Origin: a candidate division FCPU426 bacterium
Lineage (GTDB): Bacteria; Oederibacteriota; JAAXVQ01; JAUVAV01
Direction of reading: 5' to 3'
Length of the DNA: 64,000 nucleotides
NCBI GenBank assembly: GCA_040756875.1
Contig: JBFLYH010000002.1
Coordinates: 382,526-446,525 of the forward strand
Shown here: in pieces, positions 32,281-42,018 of the stretch
Layout: each line of letters opens with the position of its first letter
Position numbering within the stretch: the stretch's first letter is position 1
The notes under the pieces: model-generated
Seen by the model: only the letters and a program-made list of their open reading frames with translations
Database searches by the model: none
Told to the model about the DNA's origin: nothing
Program-made: the position numbers and the translations under genes

Positions 32281-33458
32281 CCTGCGCCGTCTGCCTGGTT
32301 GCGCTGCTGGGGTCTGCGCCCTGGGCGCGGGCCGAGAACAACCAGCCGCTCTTTGACTTCGCCTTCTCCGGCTACGTGCAGGCCCGGCTCCTGGGCCGTT
32401 TCTTCCAGATCCAGGCCCCGGACGGCCCGCTCAACACGTACCCTGAACCTGCGCTGGCCGGCGGCGGCAAACAAAACACGATTTCCCTCGAACGCCTTGA
32501 ATTCAAGCTGAGCACGCCCCTGCCCTGGCTGCGCTGGTCGACCACGGCCTCGGCCAGCGTGCTGGGGACCAAGGCCGTGATCAAGGACGCTTACGTGCAA
32601 TACCAGCAGAACGCCGTGACCCGCTGGACCGCGGGCCGGTTCCGCGTGCCCTTCGGCCAGGAATTGCAGCGCTCCTCCGCGGAGCTCGACACCGTGGAGC
32701 GTCCGCTGCTGTACGGCTTCGGCAATTACGGCTGGGTGGGGCCGCTGGGCCTGGACGCGGTGGGCGAACGCGACTGGGGCGCGAAACTGGATTTTGTCTG
32801 GCCCACGGCCTGGTCCAATTTTTCCCCCTTCCTCACCACGGCCCTGGTGCTGGGCAACGGCCGGCTGGTGGAAACCAGCGCGCCTACCCTGGGCATGGTG
32901 CGCGCCGGCTTGAACAACCGCCTGGATATCGACGAACTGCGGCACGAACTGGTGGCCGGGCTTTCCCTGGCCTACGGGCAGGTCCGCTGCGAAGAACGCC
33001 GCGAACAGTATCTGCCCGTCGGCCTGGCCGGCAACCTGCTGACCAACCCCCAGGACGCCGTGGCCACCGAAGCCCTGGGGCAGCGCGCCACCGTGGCCAC
33101 GGTGGGCGCGGACCTCCGCCTGCGCGTCAACGAGCTGGTGCTGACCGGCGAGTGGCTCAGGCGGCGCCTGCAGGCTTTTGTTTCGGAGGGTTACGTGGCG
33201 ACCGCAGTGCTGGAACTCTCGGCCTGGGATTGGGACGGCTGGGAGGCGGTGGCGCGGTGGGAGGAAATCCGCACCGGATTTGCGGACGGCAGCCATGATC
33301 CCCACCGGCCCTATCAGGCGGCCACCCTGGGTTGCAACTGGAAGGCCTGGCCGGACGTCAGGGTGCAGTTCAATTACGTGACGATATATATGGAAGGGAT
33401 TCCGCACCGGTTTCCGGGTTCAGACCTGCTGCTGGTGCAGGTGCAGTATCAATTTTGA
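32268..33458 (+). CDS. Porin (phosphate-selective OprO/P-like)
   Basis: Signal peptide, FSGYVQAR, DAYV, GRFRVPFG.E, terminal QYQF. Confidence 0.7.
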   Translation: MRVLTCAVCLVALLGSAPWARAENNQPLFDFAFSGYVQARLLGRFFQIQAPDGPLNTYPEPALAGGGKQNTISLERLEFKLSTPLPWLRWSTTASASVLGTKAVIKDAYVQYQQNAVTRWTAGRFRVPFGQELQRSSAELDTVERPLLYGFGNYGWVGPLGLDAVGERDWGAKLDFVWPTAWSNFSPFLTTALVLGNGRLVETSAPTLGMVRAGLNNRLDIDELRHELVAGLSLAYGQVRCEERREQYLPVGLAGNLLTNPQDAVATEALGQRATVATVGADLRLRVNELVLTGEWLRRRLQAFVSEGYVATAVLELSAWDWDGWEAVARWEEIRTGFADGSHDPHRPYQAATLGCNWKAWPDVRVQFNYVTIYMEGIPHRFPGSDLLLVQVQYQF

Positions 33459-33474
33459 ATATTTTTTAAAAAAA

Positions 33475-33502
33475 GTAGGGGCGTTCAATTGAACGCCCCT
33501 AC
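33475..33502. repeat. GTAG-family REP palindrome
   Basis: gtaggggcgttcaattgaacgcccctac, perfect 28-bp palindrome; same core at 40741, 41303 and 42025. Confidence 0.9.
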
Positions 33503-33538
33503 GATGATTCACCAGAATGGTTATTGCCAGCCCTTCCG

Positions 33539-36001
33539 TTATTTCAACGGAAACTTCAAACTCAGTTCCTCGCTGCGGGACGTTTCCTGCCCGTCCTGAT
33601 CCAAGGCCGCCACGGCATAGCGGTGGACGCCTTTGTCCACCTGCTTGAGCTGCAGCAGGTTTTCGGTCAGCGGCTCGCTGTTGACTTTAGTCCATTCCTT
33701 CGCGGTCCCCTTGGCGTGATAAACGTTGTACTTGCGCATCAGCGCGGTTTCGTTCCAGAACAGGACCGCGCCCTTCCCCACCTTGAAGGCCTTCGGCTTG
33801 GCCGGCGGCTGTTTCGACGCCTCGCGCTGGGTGTTAAGCACGGTGCTCAGATTTTTGGCCTGTTCCTGCGCCTGGGTCAGCTGCTGCTGCTGGGTTTCGA
33901 CGCTTTTCTTGGCTTCGGCCAGCTGTGTTTTCAACGCCCCGGATTCGTGAATCCCGAACCAATAATAGGATCCGCCGGCGCCGAGCAACAGCCCCAAAAC
34001 CAGCATCACGAAACCCGCCGCGCCTCCGCCGCGTTTGCGCGGCGGCTCGGCGGCCATGGGTTCGCGTTCCGGTTCCTCGGGCGCTGATTGCGAAAACGCG
34101 GACGCAATTTTTTCAGGTTCCATTTCCGTACCTCCCAACTCCCTCCACGAGGAGGGTGAGGCTTCGGGCGACCATTCGGACTCGGCCGTCTGTCCGGCAG
34201 CCTCGGGTTCAGATTCAGAGCCAGCTTCGGCTTCGGCTTCGGGTTCGGATTCAGGTTCAGACGCTTCCGGCATGACCGACAATTCCACGGCCGTGGCGGC
34301 GTCATCCTGCACGCCGTACGTTTGCACCGGCTCGGCCGACGCCGCGTTGTCCCAGGCAGGCGCCGCTTCCCGCTCCAGTCCGGGTTCCAGCTCGGCGGCC
34401 AGGCTCCAGCTTGGCTCGGACTCGGTTGTTTCGGATGACGCCGGTCCGGTTTCGGCGCCGGCCGCGCTCTCGTACGGACTGAAGGCGACTGGCTCGGGCT
34501 GCCACTGGTTGGTGATGTCGGACAGCAACTGTTCGTCGCTCAAGCTTTCGTGCATGGGTTCGGCGTCTTCCGGCTGGACTCCTGTTTCGAGTTCCTGTTC
34601 CTGCGTCGCGGGCATTTCCGGCGCTTCGGTGTCCGCTCCCTCGGTCATAAAATCATCCGGCACCTGGACAGCCGCCAGATCGATCTTCAGTGCTTTTTGC
34701 TTGGGTTTGCGCCGGCGGCGCGGCTGGGGCAGCTCCATGCCCTCAGGCAGCACCAACTTGGGTTTGCGTCCGCGGCGCTTTTTCACCGGCGCGGCTTCCG
34801 CTTCGGCGGTGGCGGCTGCCGGAGCCGGTGTTTTGCGGGGCCTGCCCCGGGGCCGCTTGGGAGGCGGTGTCTCGGTCTGGGGCGGAACCTCTTCCAATTG
34901 AGGCTCGGGCTCGCCGGCGGATTCCCCGGCCGGCTCGTTGGTCAGCACGTCGAAGTTCCAGTCTGAGCCCAGGCCGCCGGCAGGCGGCGCTTCGGGTTCT
35001 GGCTGGCCCGGCGCGTCAGTTTCAGAGATCAGCGCAAACTCCTGTTCGTTCCAAGCCGCGTTCGGGCTGGTTTCTGTCAGGAAAGGAACTTCGGCCGGCG
35101 GCTCGGAGGGGCTTGAGAAAGAGCCTTCGGAAGGCGATTCGGTCTGCGTTTCTTCCGCCGGTGCCTCTGCCGCTGTTTCAAAGGCGGCCGGGAAAGGCGT
35201 TTCGTTCGGCGTTGCGACCGGCGCTTCCAGCGGCGCTTCGCTTCCGCTGAAAGTCGACTCCCAGGGGAAAACCGGCTCCGCGCCGGCCGGGGACTGAACT
35301 TCAGCCGCGGGTTCGGGCGTTTCAGCCGCAATAGTCGGCTCCCAGGCCGGTTCGGTCTCCGGGCTGGCTTCGGACTCAGATTGCCCGGAGGGAGCGGACT
35401 CGCGCTCCTGGGCAACCGGCTCAGGCTCTGACGCTGCTTCGGATGACGCCGGCTCGTCTGCAGCTGGCGCCTGCTCTTCCCAGGCAGCTGGCTCTGCTTC
35501 CTGCGGCGGCGCGGGTCCGGACTCCGGCGGCTGGTCGGGTTCCTCCCAGGGCATGAGCTCGCGTTCCGCCGGCTCCGCGGCCGGCGATTCGGCGGAGATC
35601 CCCAGCATGTCGGCCACTTCGGGCATGAGCGTGGCAGCCGCGCCCCGGGCCCTGGCCATGATGTAATCCATGAGATTGTTCAGGATGTTCTGGAGTTCCT
35701 CGGACATGGCGTAGATCTGGGCCATGCCGTCGGTCATGATTTTCACTTCGGCAAGTTGTTCCAGGCTGGGATTGTCGAAATCGTACCCGCGCTCCCAAAA
35801 GATCGCGCCCATGAAACCCTTGAGGTGGCCGTACAGGCCCTCGGGTTTTTGCTGCAGGCCCACGCTGGGATTGCCTTGGGACTGATTCAGGCGGCTGACC
35901 AATACATAAGCCGCAATCATCCCTTCTTTCACGTCCAGCGGCGACAGGCGGCCCTTTTGCAGCAGTTCCCGCAGGCCTTGTTGGTAAGCGTCCATGCCCA
36001 T
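33539..36001 (-). CDS. Large acidic E/P/A-rich bitopic membrane protein with AT-hook-like motifs and a C-terminal FN3-like domain
   Basis: Helical N-terminal domain, long disordered acidic region, PKRPRGRPRK, one TM, coiled coil, LFW...YNVY...YAVAALD..G.E. Confidence 0.65.
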   Translation of the reverse strand: MGMDAYQQGLRELLQKGRLSPLDVKEGMIAAYVLVSRLNQSQGNPSVGLQQKPEGLYGHLKGFMGAIFWERGYDFDNPSLEQLAEVKIMTDGMAQIYAMSEELQNILNNLMDYIMARARGAAATLMPEVADMLGISAESPAAEPAERELMPWEEPDQPPESGPAPPQEAEPAAWEEQAPAADEPASSEAASEPEPVAQERESAPSGQSESEASPETEPAWEPTIAAETPEPAAEVQSPAGAEPVFPWESTFSGSEAPLEAPVATPNETPFPAAFETAAEAPAEETQTESPSEGSFSSPSEPPAEVPFLTETSPNAAWNEQEFALISETDAPGQPEPEAPPAGGLGSDWNFDVLTNEPAGESAGEPEPQLEEVPPQTETPPPKRPRGRPRKTPAPAAATAEAEAAPVKKRRGRKPKLVLPEGMELPQPRRRRKPKQKALKIDLAAVQVPDDFMTEGADTEAPEMPATQEQELETGVQPEDAEPMHESLSDEQLLSDITNQWQPEPVAFSPYESAAGAETGPASSETTESEPSWSLAAELEPGLEREAAPAWDNAASAEPVQTYGVQDDAATAVELSVMPEASEPESEPEAEAEAGSESEPEAAGQTAESEWSPEASPSSWRELGGTEMEPEKIASAFSQSAPEEPEREPMAAEPPRKRGGGAAGFVMLVLGLLLGAGGSYYWFGIHESGALKTQLAEAKKSVETQQQQLTQAQEQAKNLSTVLNTQREASKQPPAKPKAFKVGKGAVLFWNETALMRKYNVYHAKGTAKEWTKVNSEPLTENLLQLKQVDKGVHRYAVAALDQDGQETSRSEELSLKFPLK

Positions 36002-36100
36002 ACCCCAAGGGAGTTAATGCTTGGCATTATCTTAAATCATCCGGCTGATAAAAGGCAAGACAATGATTGCGAACAAATTCAAACTTAATAAATTTCATTT

Positions 36101-39100
36101 TTATGCGGATTGGAATAACCAGGCGGGTTTTCCCCGGTCTTCCCCGGTCTGGCCCAGGTTTTCCAGGCGTTCAGCCGTAAGCGTAACGCCTCCCCGGTCG
36201 TCCTCCACCTGCCCCTCCACCCAATAAGGACCCGGGCCGAAGAGTTTGTGGCCGTGCTCCGCGTAGGCGCGCGGAAACAGCGTGACTTCGAAGGTGCCGG
36301 TCAGGTCCTCGAGGGTCATGAATTTCATCAGTTCCCCGCTCTTTTGCACGCGGTTGCCGCGCCAGGTGACCAGCCAGCCGTACGCCGCCACGCGCCGGCC
36401 GGCGTGGCGGGCCAAGTCAACGGCCGCCACCACGCCCGGCCCGGCCAGGCGCGAAAGCAGGCCGCGGAAGCGCATGAGCGGATGCGCGGACGGCGAAAGC
36501 CCGAGCTGCGCGAATTCCAGGGCCAGGCGCTCGTCCGCGTCCGGTTCGGCCAGGGCCGGCAGGGCCGGCTCCGGCTCGGCCAGCAGTTCGGGCTCCCGCG
36601 CCTGGCCGCGCCAGTGGCGGCTGAGCGCCGCCTCCCAGCGCAGGCGCGTGCGCCCGGGCCCCAGGCCGTCGCAGGCGCCGCAGTCGATCAGGGCCTCGGT
36701 CTCCTCGCGGGTAAGAGACACGCGGGCCAACAGGCCGCGCAGGGACCGGAAAGGCCCGTCCGCCGCGCGGCTGGCGGCCAGCGCGTGCGCGTGGGCGACC
36801 CCGAGCCCCTTCACGGACATGAAGCCCACGCGCAGGCCGTCCGCGCCCTCGGCGCCGAAACGCCAGACGCTGGCGTTCACGTCCGGCCCCAGGATGCGCA
36901 GGCCCAGGCGCCGCGCCTCCTCCAGGTACACGGACGGGCCGTAGAATCCGCCCTGGTTGGAAAGCACGGCGGCCATGAACGCCGCCGGATGGTGCGCCTT
37001 GAGGTACGCGGCCTGGAACGACAGCTGCGCGTAGGACGCGCTGTGCGCCTTGCAGAACGCGTAGCCGCCGAAGGCTTCGATCTGCCGCCAGATCTCCGCG
37101 GCCGCGCGCGGCGCCACGCCCCGGCCCTGCGCGTCCGCGAGGAAGCGTTCGCGATAGGTGTCCATCTTCTGCCAGTGCCGCTTCTTGCTCATGCAGCGCC
37201 TGAGCTGGTCCGCCTCGCCCAGGCTCCAACCCGCTATGGCGTGCACGACCTTGATGACGTCTTCCTGGTACACCATGACCCCGTAGGTCCCGGCCAGGAT
37301 GGCCCGGAGGCCGGGATGGGCGAAGCGCACGGGCTGGCGGCCGAGGTGGCGCTCCACGAACATGCGCATCATGCCGCTGTTGGACACGCCCGGCCGGATG
37401 ACGGAGGAGGCCGCGGTGAGCAGGCCGAAATCGTCGCAGCGCAGTTTGCGCAAGAGCAGGCGCATGGCCGGCGACTCGACGTAGAAACATCCCAGCGTGC
37501 GCCCTTCGCGCAGCAGCGCGCGGGTGGCCGGGTCGGCGCACGGGTCCACGGCCGGCCAGTCCACGCCCGCGTCGCGCCCCGCGTCGCGGATCACGGCCAG
37601 GCCGCGCTGGCCCAGCAGGTCGATCTTCACCAGGCCCGCGTCCTCGGCCGCGTACATGTCGTACTGGCCGACCACCACGCCCTTGGCCGACTCCTGGCGC
37701 GGCATGACGTTGTCCACGGGCCCGGGCGTGATCACGATGCCGCCCGGGTGCACGGAGAAATGGCGGGGCGCGTTCTCCATTTTGGCCGCGAGCCTGAGCA
37801 CGCTGCGCCACGGTTCGTCGGCCAGGGGCAGGCCGCGCGCCTCGGGCAGGGTCTGCGGCGCACGCCGGATGTCCGCCACGCTGCCCCAGCGCGGCAGGCG
37901 GCGGGTGAACCACGTGAGCTCGCTCTCGGACAGCCCTAGCACGCGCCCGGCTTCGCGCACGGCCGAGCGCCCCCGCAGCCGCACCAGCGTGCACAGCATG
38001 GCCACGCGCTCGGGCGCGAAGCGCGCGTAGGCGTAGGCCAGCATCTCGTCGCGCTGGTCCCAGGGAAAATCCAGGTCGATGTCCGGCGGGTCCCGGCGCT
38101 CCGGGTTGAGGAAGCGCTCGAAGAACAGGCCGTGCGCCATGGGGTCCACGTGCGTGATGCCGAGCGCAAAGGCGGCCAGGCTGTTGGCCGCCGAACCCCG
38201 GCCCACGGTGGGGATGCCGCGGCGCTTGGCTTCGGCCGCGATGTCCCAGACCGCGAGAAAGTAGCCGGCGAAATGCTTCTCCGCGATCACCGCGAGCTCG
38301 CGCCGCAGCCGCTGCCAGGCGCGGCGGTTGGGCCGCCGCAGGCGTTGCGCCAGGCCCTGCTCGCAGATGTACCGCAGGTAGTCGAACTCGCGCCAGCGCC
38401 CCGGGCAGGGATAGGCGGGAAACTGGAACGCCGCGTCCGGCGGCGCGCCCTGGCAGCGGCCGGCCAGCTCCCCGGCCTGCGCCTGCGCCCGCGCCAGAAA
38501 TCCCGCGAACTTTTTCATTTCCTCCAACGGCGCGAGCGCGGCCCCGGGGCCCGCGGCACTCGCCGTCCCCAGGCCGGCCAGCGTGGTTCCCTCGGCCACG
38601 GCCCGCAGCGCCCGGTGCACGGCAACCTCTTCGGGCCGGCTGAAGCGCGCGGCCGGCGCGAACACGGCCGGGATGCCCTCGGCCGCGGCCTGCTGGCCGG
38701 CCAGTTCGCCGCGGCCGCTGCTTTCGCCGATTGCCAGGTACACGTCCTGCGGCCGGCTCGCGCGCACGCGGCGCGCCAAAGCCAACCCCGGGCACAAAAT
38801 TGCCACGTGGGGCGAGGTGTTGGCCAGGCTTGCTGCCAGATCGAATTCCGGCTCCAGCTGGCGGGCCGTGACCAGGCGGCACAACTCGCCGAACCCTTCG
38901 CCATCCAAGGCCAGGACCACGGCCAGGGGTTCACCCCACGCGGCAGGCAGGGAGGCGGACAGCGCGGCGCCGTAAAGGGGCCGGATCCCGGCTTCCCGGG
39001 ACGCGGCCCGGAACGCCAGGACGCCGGCCAGGCTGTTGGTGTCTGTCAGCCCCAGGGCGTCATACCCGAGCTCTCGGGCCCGCTGGCACAGGTCCTCAGG

Positions 39101-39157
39101 CGGCGACGCGCCGTCGAGGATGGAATAGTGGCTGTGGACGTGCAGGTAGGTGAACAT
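36101..39157 (-). CDS. dnaE2: DNA polymerase III alpha, damage-inducible (DnaE2-like)
   Basis: HVHSHYSILDG PHP motif, GRGSAANS, PPDIDLDF, KIDLLG, YAFCKAHS; lies downstream of lexA and dinB. Confidence 0.85.
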   Translation of the reverse strand: MFTYLHVHSHYSILDGASPPEDLCQRARELGYDALGLTDTNSLAGVLAFRAASREAGIRPLYGAALSASLPAAWGEPLAVVLALDGEGFGELCRLVTARQLEPEFDLAASLANTSPHVAILCPGLALARRVRASRPQDVYLAIGESSGRGELAGQQAAAEGIPAVFAPAARFSRPEEVAVHRALRAVAEGTTLAGLGTASAAGPGAALAPLEEMKKFAGFLARAQAQAGELAGRCQGAPPDAAFQFPAYPCPGRWREFDYLRYICEQGLAQRLRRPNRRAWQRLRRELAVIAEKHFAGYFLAVWDIAAEAKRRGIPTVGRGSAANSLAAFALGITHVDPMAHGLFFERFLNPERRDPPDIDLDFPWDQRDEMLAYAYARFAPERVAMLCTLVRLRGRSAVREAGRVLGLSESELTWFTRRLPRWGSVADIRRAPQTLPEARGLPLADEPWRSVLRLAAKMENAPRHFSVHPGGIVITPGPVDNVMPRQESAKGVVVGQYDMYAAEDAGLVKIDLLGQRGLAVIRDAGRDAGVDWPAVDPCADPATRALLREGRTLGCFYVESPAMRLLLRKLRCDDFGLLTAASSVIRPGVSNSGMMRMFVERHLGRQPVRFAHPGLRAILAGTYGVMVYQEDVIKVVHAIAGWSLGEADQLRRCMSKKRHWQKMDTYRERFLADAQGRGVAPRAAAEIWRQIEAFGGYAFCKAHSASYAQLSFQAAYLKAHHPAAFMAAVLSNQGGFYGPSVYLEEARRLGLRILGPDVNASVWRFGAEGADGLRVGFMSVKGLGVAHAHALAASRAADGPFRSLRGLLARVSLTREETEALIDCGACDGLGPGRTRLRWEAALSRHWRGQAREPELLAEPEPALPALAEPDADERLALEFAQLGLSPSAHPLMRFRGLLSRLAGPGVVAAVDLARHAGRRVAAYGWLVTWRGNRVQKSGELMKFMTLEDLTGTFEVTLFPRAYAEHGHKLFGPGPYWVEGQVEDDRGGVTLTAERLENLGQTGEDRGKPAWLFQSA

Positions 39158-39171
39158 GGGGGCCTCGCACC

Positions 39172-39441
39172 TTACAACTCCCCCGCCAAATCTTTCCACT
39201 CCGGGTTCAGGGAAGAAACCAGGTCGTGCCGCGCTTGGCGCGGCTGGCGCCTCAGCGCCTCAACCCGCGCCTGGGCCTCGGCCAGCTCGTAAAAGCGCTC
39301 GTAGTACACCAGGGCCATGCAGCTGTGGCCGCGTCCGGGCCGGTTTTCGTCCAGGAAGTTTTTCAGATTGGAAGCGGCCCCCAGGGCCATGACTGTGCGC
39401 GTGTCATTGGACAAAATGTAAAGGCAGGCTGTCTTGCTCAT
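39172..39441 (-). CDS. Degenerate small GIY-YIG (UPF0213-like) protein
   Basis: LYILSN...LVYYERF...A...L....R....LV...NPEWKDL; the YIG and Arg positions are altered. Confidence 0.65.
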   Translation of the reverse strand: MSKTACLYILSNDTRTVMALGAASNLKNFLDENRPGRGHSCMALVYYERFYELAEAQARVEALRRQPRQARHDLVSSLNPEWKDLAGEL

Positions 39442-39550
39442 GGCTGTGCTCCTTCAGGGCCCTGGCCGCGGCCAGGGCCGTCATTCCCCCCGATCTTTCC
39501 CTTCCCACCTCCTTTTTTGCTCTCCTGCTCAACTGTTCAACTGTTCATAC

Positions 39551-40726
39551 TCACTCGACGTCCTGCCGCAGCAGGCTGGCCCAGCGCGCCGCGCCCTCGC
39601 CGTAGCGCTTGCGCACCGCGTCCGCCGCGGTCTGAAAGCGGCCCTGGCGCTCGGCCTGGTCCACGCCCAGCAGGTCGGCCTGCCGGCCGGCGGGTTCCAG
39701 CAGCTGCGCGGCCACGCCCAGCAGGCGGATGCGCACGCGCCGGCCGCAGGCCTGCGCCAGAAGCCGCTCGGCCTCGCTAAACAGCGTGCGGTCCAGGTCC
39801 GTGGCCTCGGCCAGGGCGTGCGAGCGGGTGTGCAGCGAAAAATCCGCGTAACGCACTTTGACGCACACCCGCCGACTGGCCAGGCCGTGGCGCCGCAGCC
39901 GGTATCCCACCTCGCAGGTCAGGCGGTGCAGCACGTGCCGCAGCCGGTCCGGATCCGTGACATCCACGTCGAACGTTTCCTCGTGGCTCACGGACTTGGC
40001 CTCGCCCCGGCCGTCCACCGCCGAATCGTCCTCGCCCCGGGCCGCGGCCGCGAGCGCCAGGCCCCCCTCGCCCAGGGCCTGGCGGACCAGCGGGTCCGGC
40101 AGGCGGGCCAGGTCGCCGATGCGGCGCAGGCCCAGGCCGAGCAGGCGCGGCTCGGTTTTGGGACCCACGCCCGGCAGGCGCCGGATCGGCAGGGGCGATA
40201 AAAACGCGGCCTCGCGCCCTGCCAGCACCTGCAGAATGCCGGCCGGCTTGGCCAAATCCGAGGCGATCTTGGCCGCCACCTTGGAGCCCGCGATGCCGAT
40301 GGAAACGTCGAGCCCGAGCTCCTCGCGCACCTGCTGCTGCAGCCGGGCGGCCGCGGGCAAGGCCGGGCCGAACAGCCGCGTGCAGAACGTGTAATCCAGG
40401 TAGCCTTCGTCCAGGGACGCGGGCTCGAGGTCAGGCGAATAGGTCGCCAGAATGGCGAAAAAGGCGCGCGAGTAGCGCTGGTAGGCGCGGAAGTTGCCCG
40501 GCCGCACCACGGCCTGCGGGCACAGCCGCATGGCCTGGCTAAAGGGCATGGCCGAGCGCACGCCGAAGCGGCGCGCCTCGTAGGAGGCGGTCGCGACCAC
40601 GCTGCGGCTGCCGCCGGGCGATACGATCACCGGCAGACCCACGAGCGTCGGGTCCAGCAGCCGCTCCACGGCCACGAAGAAGACGTCGAGATCGAGATGA
40701 AAGATAGTGCGGGGCATGGAGGACAC
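39551..40726 (-). CDS. dinB: DNA polymerase IV
   Basis: HLDLDVFFVAVE, ASYEARRFGVRSAMP, SLDEGYLD, KIASDLAKP. Confidence 0.92.
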   Translation of the reverse strand: MSSMPRTIFHLDLDVFFVAVERLLDPTLVGLPVIVSPGGSRSVVATASYEARRFGVRSAMPFSQAMRLCPQAVVRPGNFRAYQRYSRAFFAILATYSPDLEPASLDEGYLDYTFCTRLFGPALPAAARLQQQVREELGLDVSIGIAGSKVAAKIASDLAKPAGILQVLAGREAAFLSPLPIRRLPGVGPKTEPRLLGLGLRRIGDLARLPDPLVRQALGEGGLALAAAARGEDDSAVDGRGEAKSVSHEETFDVDVTDPDRLRHVLHRLTCEVGYRLRRHGLASRRVCVKVRYADFSLHTRSHALAEATDLDRTLFSEAERLLAQACGRRVRIRLLGVAAQLLEPAGRQADLLGVDQAERQGRFQTAADAVRKRYGEGAARWASLLRQDVE

Positions 40727-40740
40727 CGCGTTTTAATTCT

Positions 40741-40767
40741 TAGGGGCGTTCAATTGAACGCCCCTAC
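40741..40767. repeat. GTAG-family REP palindrome
   Basis: taggggcgttcaattgaacgcccctac, overlapping the RAYT stop codon. Confidence 0.9.
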
Positions 40768-41282
40768 AAGGTTCTAATGTTTTTAGGGTTCTCCAAATCC
40801 GCATCCCAACCGGCAGGATTATCATTGATATATTGCCGGATGCGATCCAATTCTCCATGGTCGCGGATAATGTGTTCGTAGTAATTACGTTGCCAATAGA
40901 ATTCGTTTCGCCCCGCACGCCGACACAACGATGTAACTGCGGCCTTGTAGGTACGGATAATTACCGATAATGTGTTGCGCAACGGCGGAATAATTCCGCC
41001 GGTCGTCGTAGGGGCGTTCAACTGAGCGCACCTACTCTCGCCCAGCCAGACGATACCATGGAGATGATTGGGCATTAAGACCCAGGTATCCAACACAACC
41101 GTCGGGAAATGTTGCGGCATTTCCAGCCAACATCGCTCGGCGATCTGCCGGATTGCATTGTCATCAAAATATAACGCCCGATTGAGAGTACAGGCGGTTA
41201 CAAAGTATGCGCCAGGACGGCTGTAGTCGTATCCTTTAAGGCGAATAGAGCGCCGATGGCATCTAGAAGAATCCCGGTCCAT
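40764..41282 (-). CDS. rayT: REP-associated tyrosine transposase (RAYT, IS200-like Y1)
   Basis: RRSIRLKGYDYS..GAYFVT, MPNHLHGI (HUH), WQRNYYEHIIR, YI..NP; flanked by REPs. Confidence 0.92.
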   Translation of the reverse strand: MDRDSSRCHRRSIRLKGYDYSRPGAYFVTACTLNRALYFDDNAIRQIAERCWLEMPQHFPTVVLDTWVLMPNHLHGIVWLGESRCAQLNAPTTTGGIIPPLRNTLSVIIRTYKAAVTSLCRRAGRNEFYWQRNYYEHIIRDHGELDRIRQYINDNPAGWDADLENPKNIRTL

Positions 41283-41300
41283 GTCTGCCCTCCGTCTGGC

Positions 41301-41332
41301 ATGTAGGGGCGTTCAATTGAACGCCCCTACAT
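41301..41332. repeat. GTAG-family REP palindrome
   Basis: atgtaggggcgttcaattgaacgcccctacat. Confidence 0.9.
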
Positions 41333-41371
41333 TGGACCGGAAAGAGACATAAAAATTGCACCTCCATAGGC

Positions 41372-41992
41372 CTAAGTGCCCATTTTTCTCGGGGGATAAA
41401 TTTCTTTAATCATCTTCAAAAATATCATTTTTGCTTCATCATCATTACGGACATTTTCAAAAAACCTTTTCGTGCCCTGCTCCAAATCCTCCAATAATTT
41501 TTCAGGATCAATAACCAGCCATGAATATCCCCCGCTTTGCCTTAGCCAGTGTTTTTCAGATTTGCCCCGCCGATATTCAATGGCTCCGTTTCTGATTTGA
41601 AATCCGTGCGTCATGCCATTTCTAAAATCTTCCCATAACTGCTTTTCTAAAGGCGCCCACTCTTCCATATAACTATCAATAAACATTTTAAAATTATTAT
41701 GACTCTCACCCATTTGGCTCTTCCCGGACAGAAAAGCTCCCAATGATTCAACACCGTTCAAGATAACGGAAAATGAAGCAATCATAAAATCTTTATCACT
41801 CTGCCAAAGAGGATTGTTAGCCTTCGGATCCGAATTTATGATGCATTTCAGAGGATTCAAGAATACTTTGCTAGTTCTTAGTTGAAACCAATCTATTCTC
41901 CCGGCATCACTCAAACGCCACAATTTCCCGCTTTCTAACTCGTCATAGTCATAAAAACCCGTAAAATCTTGTCCTTCAATCTGCGTCGACAT
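41372..41992 (-). CDS. Low-GC hypothetical protein with a HEPN-like RxxxxH motif
   Basis: GVESLG...FKMFI...LWEDFRNGMTHG; lies between two REPs. Confidence 0.6.
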   Translation of the reverse strand: MSTQIEGQDFTGFYDYDELESGKLWRLSDAGRIDWFQLRTSKVFLNPLKCIINSDPKANNPLWQSDKDFMIASFSVILNGVESLGAFLSGKSQMGESHNNFKMFIDSYMEEWAPLEKQLWEDFRNGMTHGFQIRNGAIEYRRGKSEKHWLRQSGGYSWLVIDPEKLLEDLEQGTKRFFENVRNDDEAKMIFLKMIKEIYPPRKMGT

Positions 41993-42018
41993 AACGCGCC
42001 TCTCGTGCCTCGCCGGAT

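Noticed and set aside
36070-36085. Second LexA box upstream of the acidic protein gene
   Set aside because: Spacing is GAAC-N6-AAAC, which does not fit N7
39551-40726. imuB call for the Y-family polymerase
   Set aside because: Catalytic motifs are intact, so it is DinB-like
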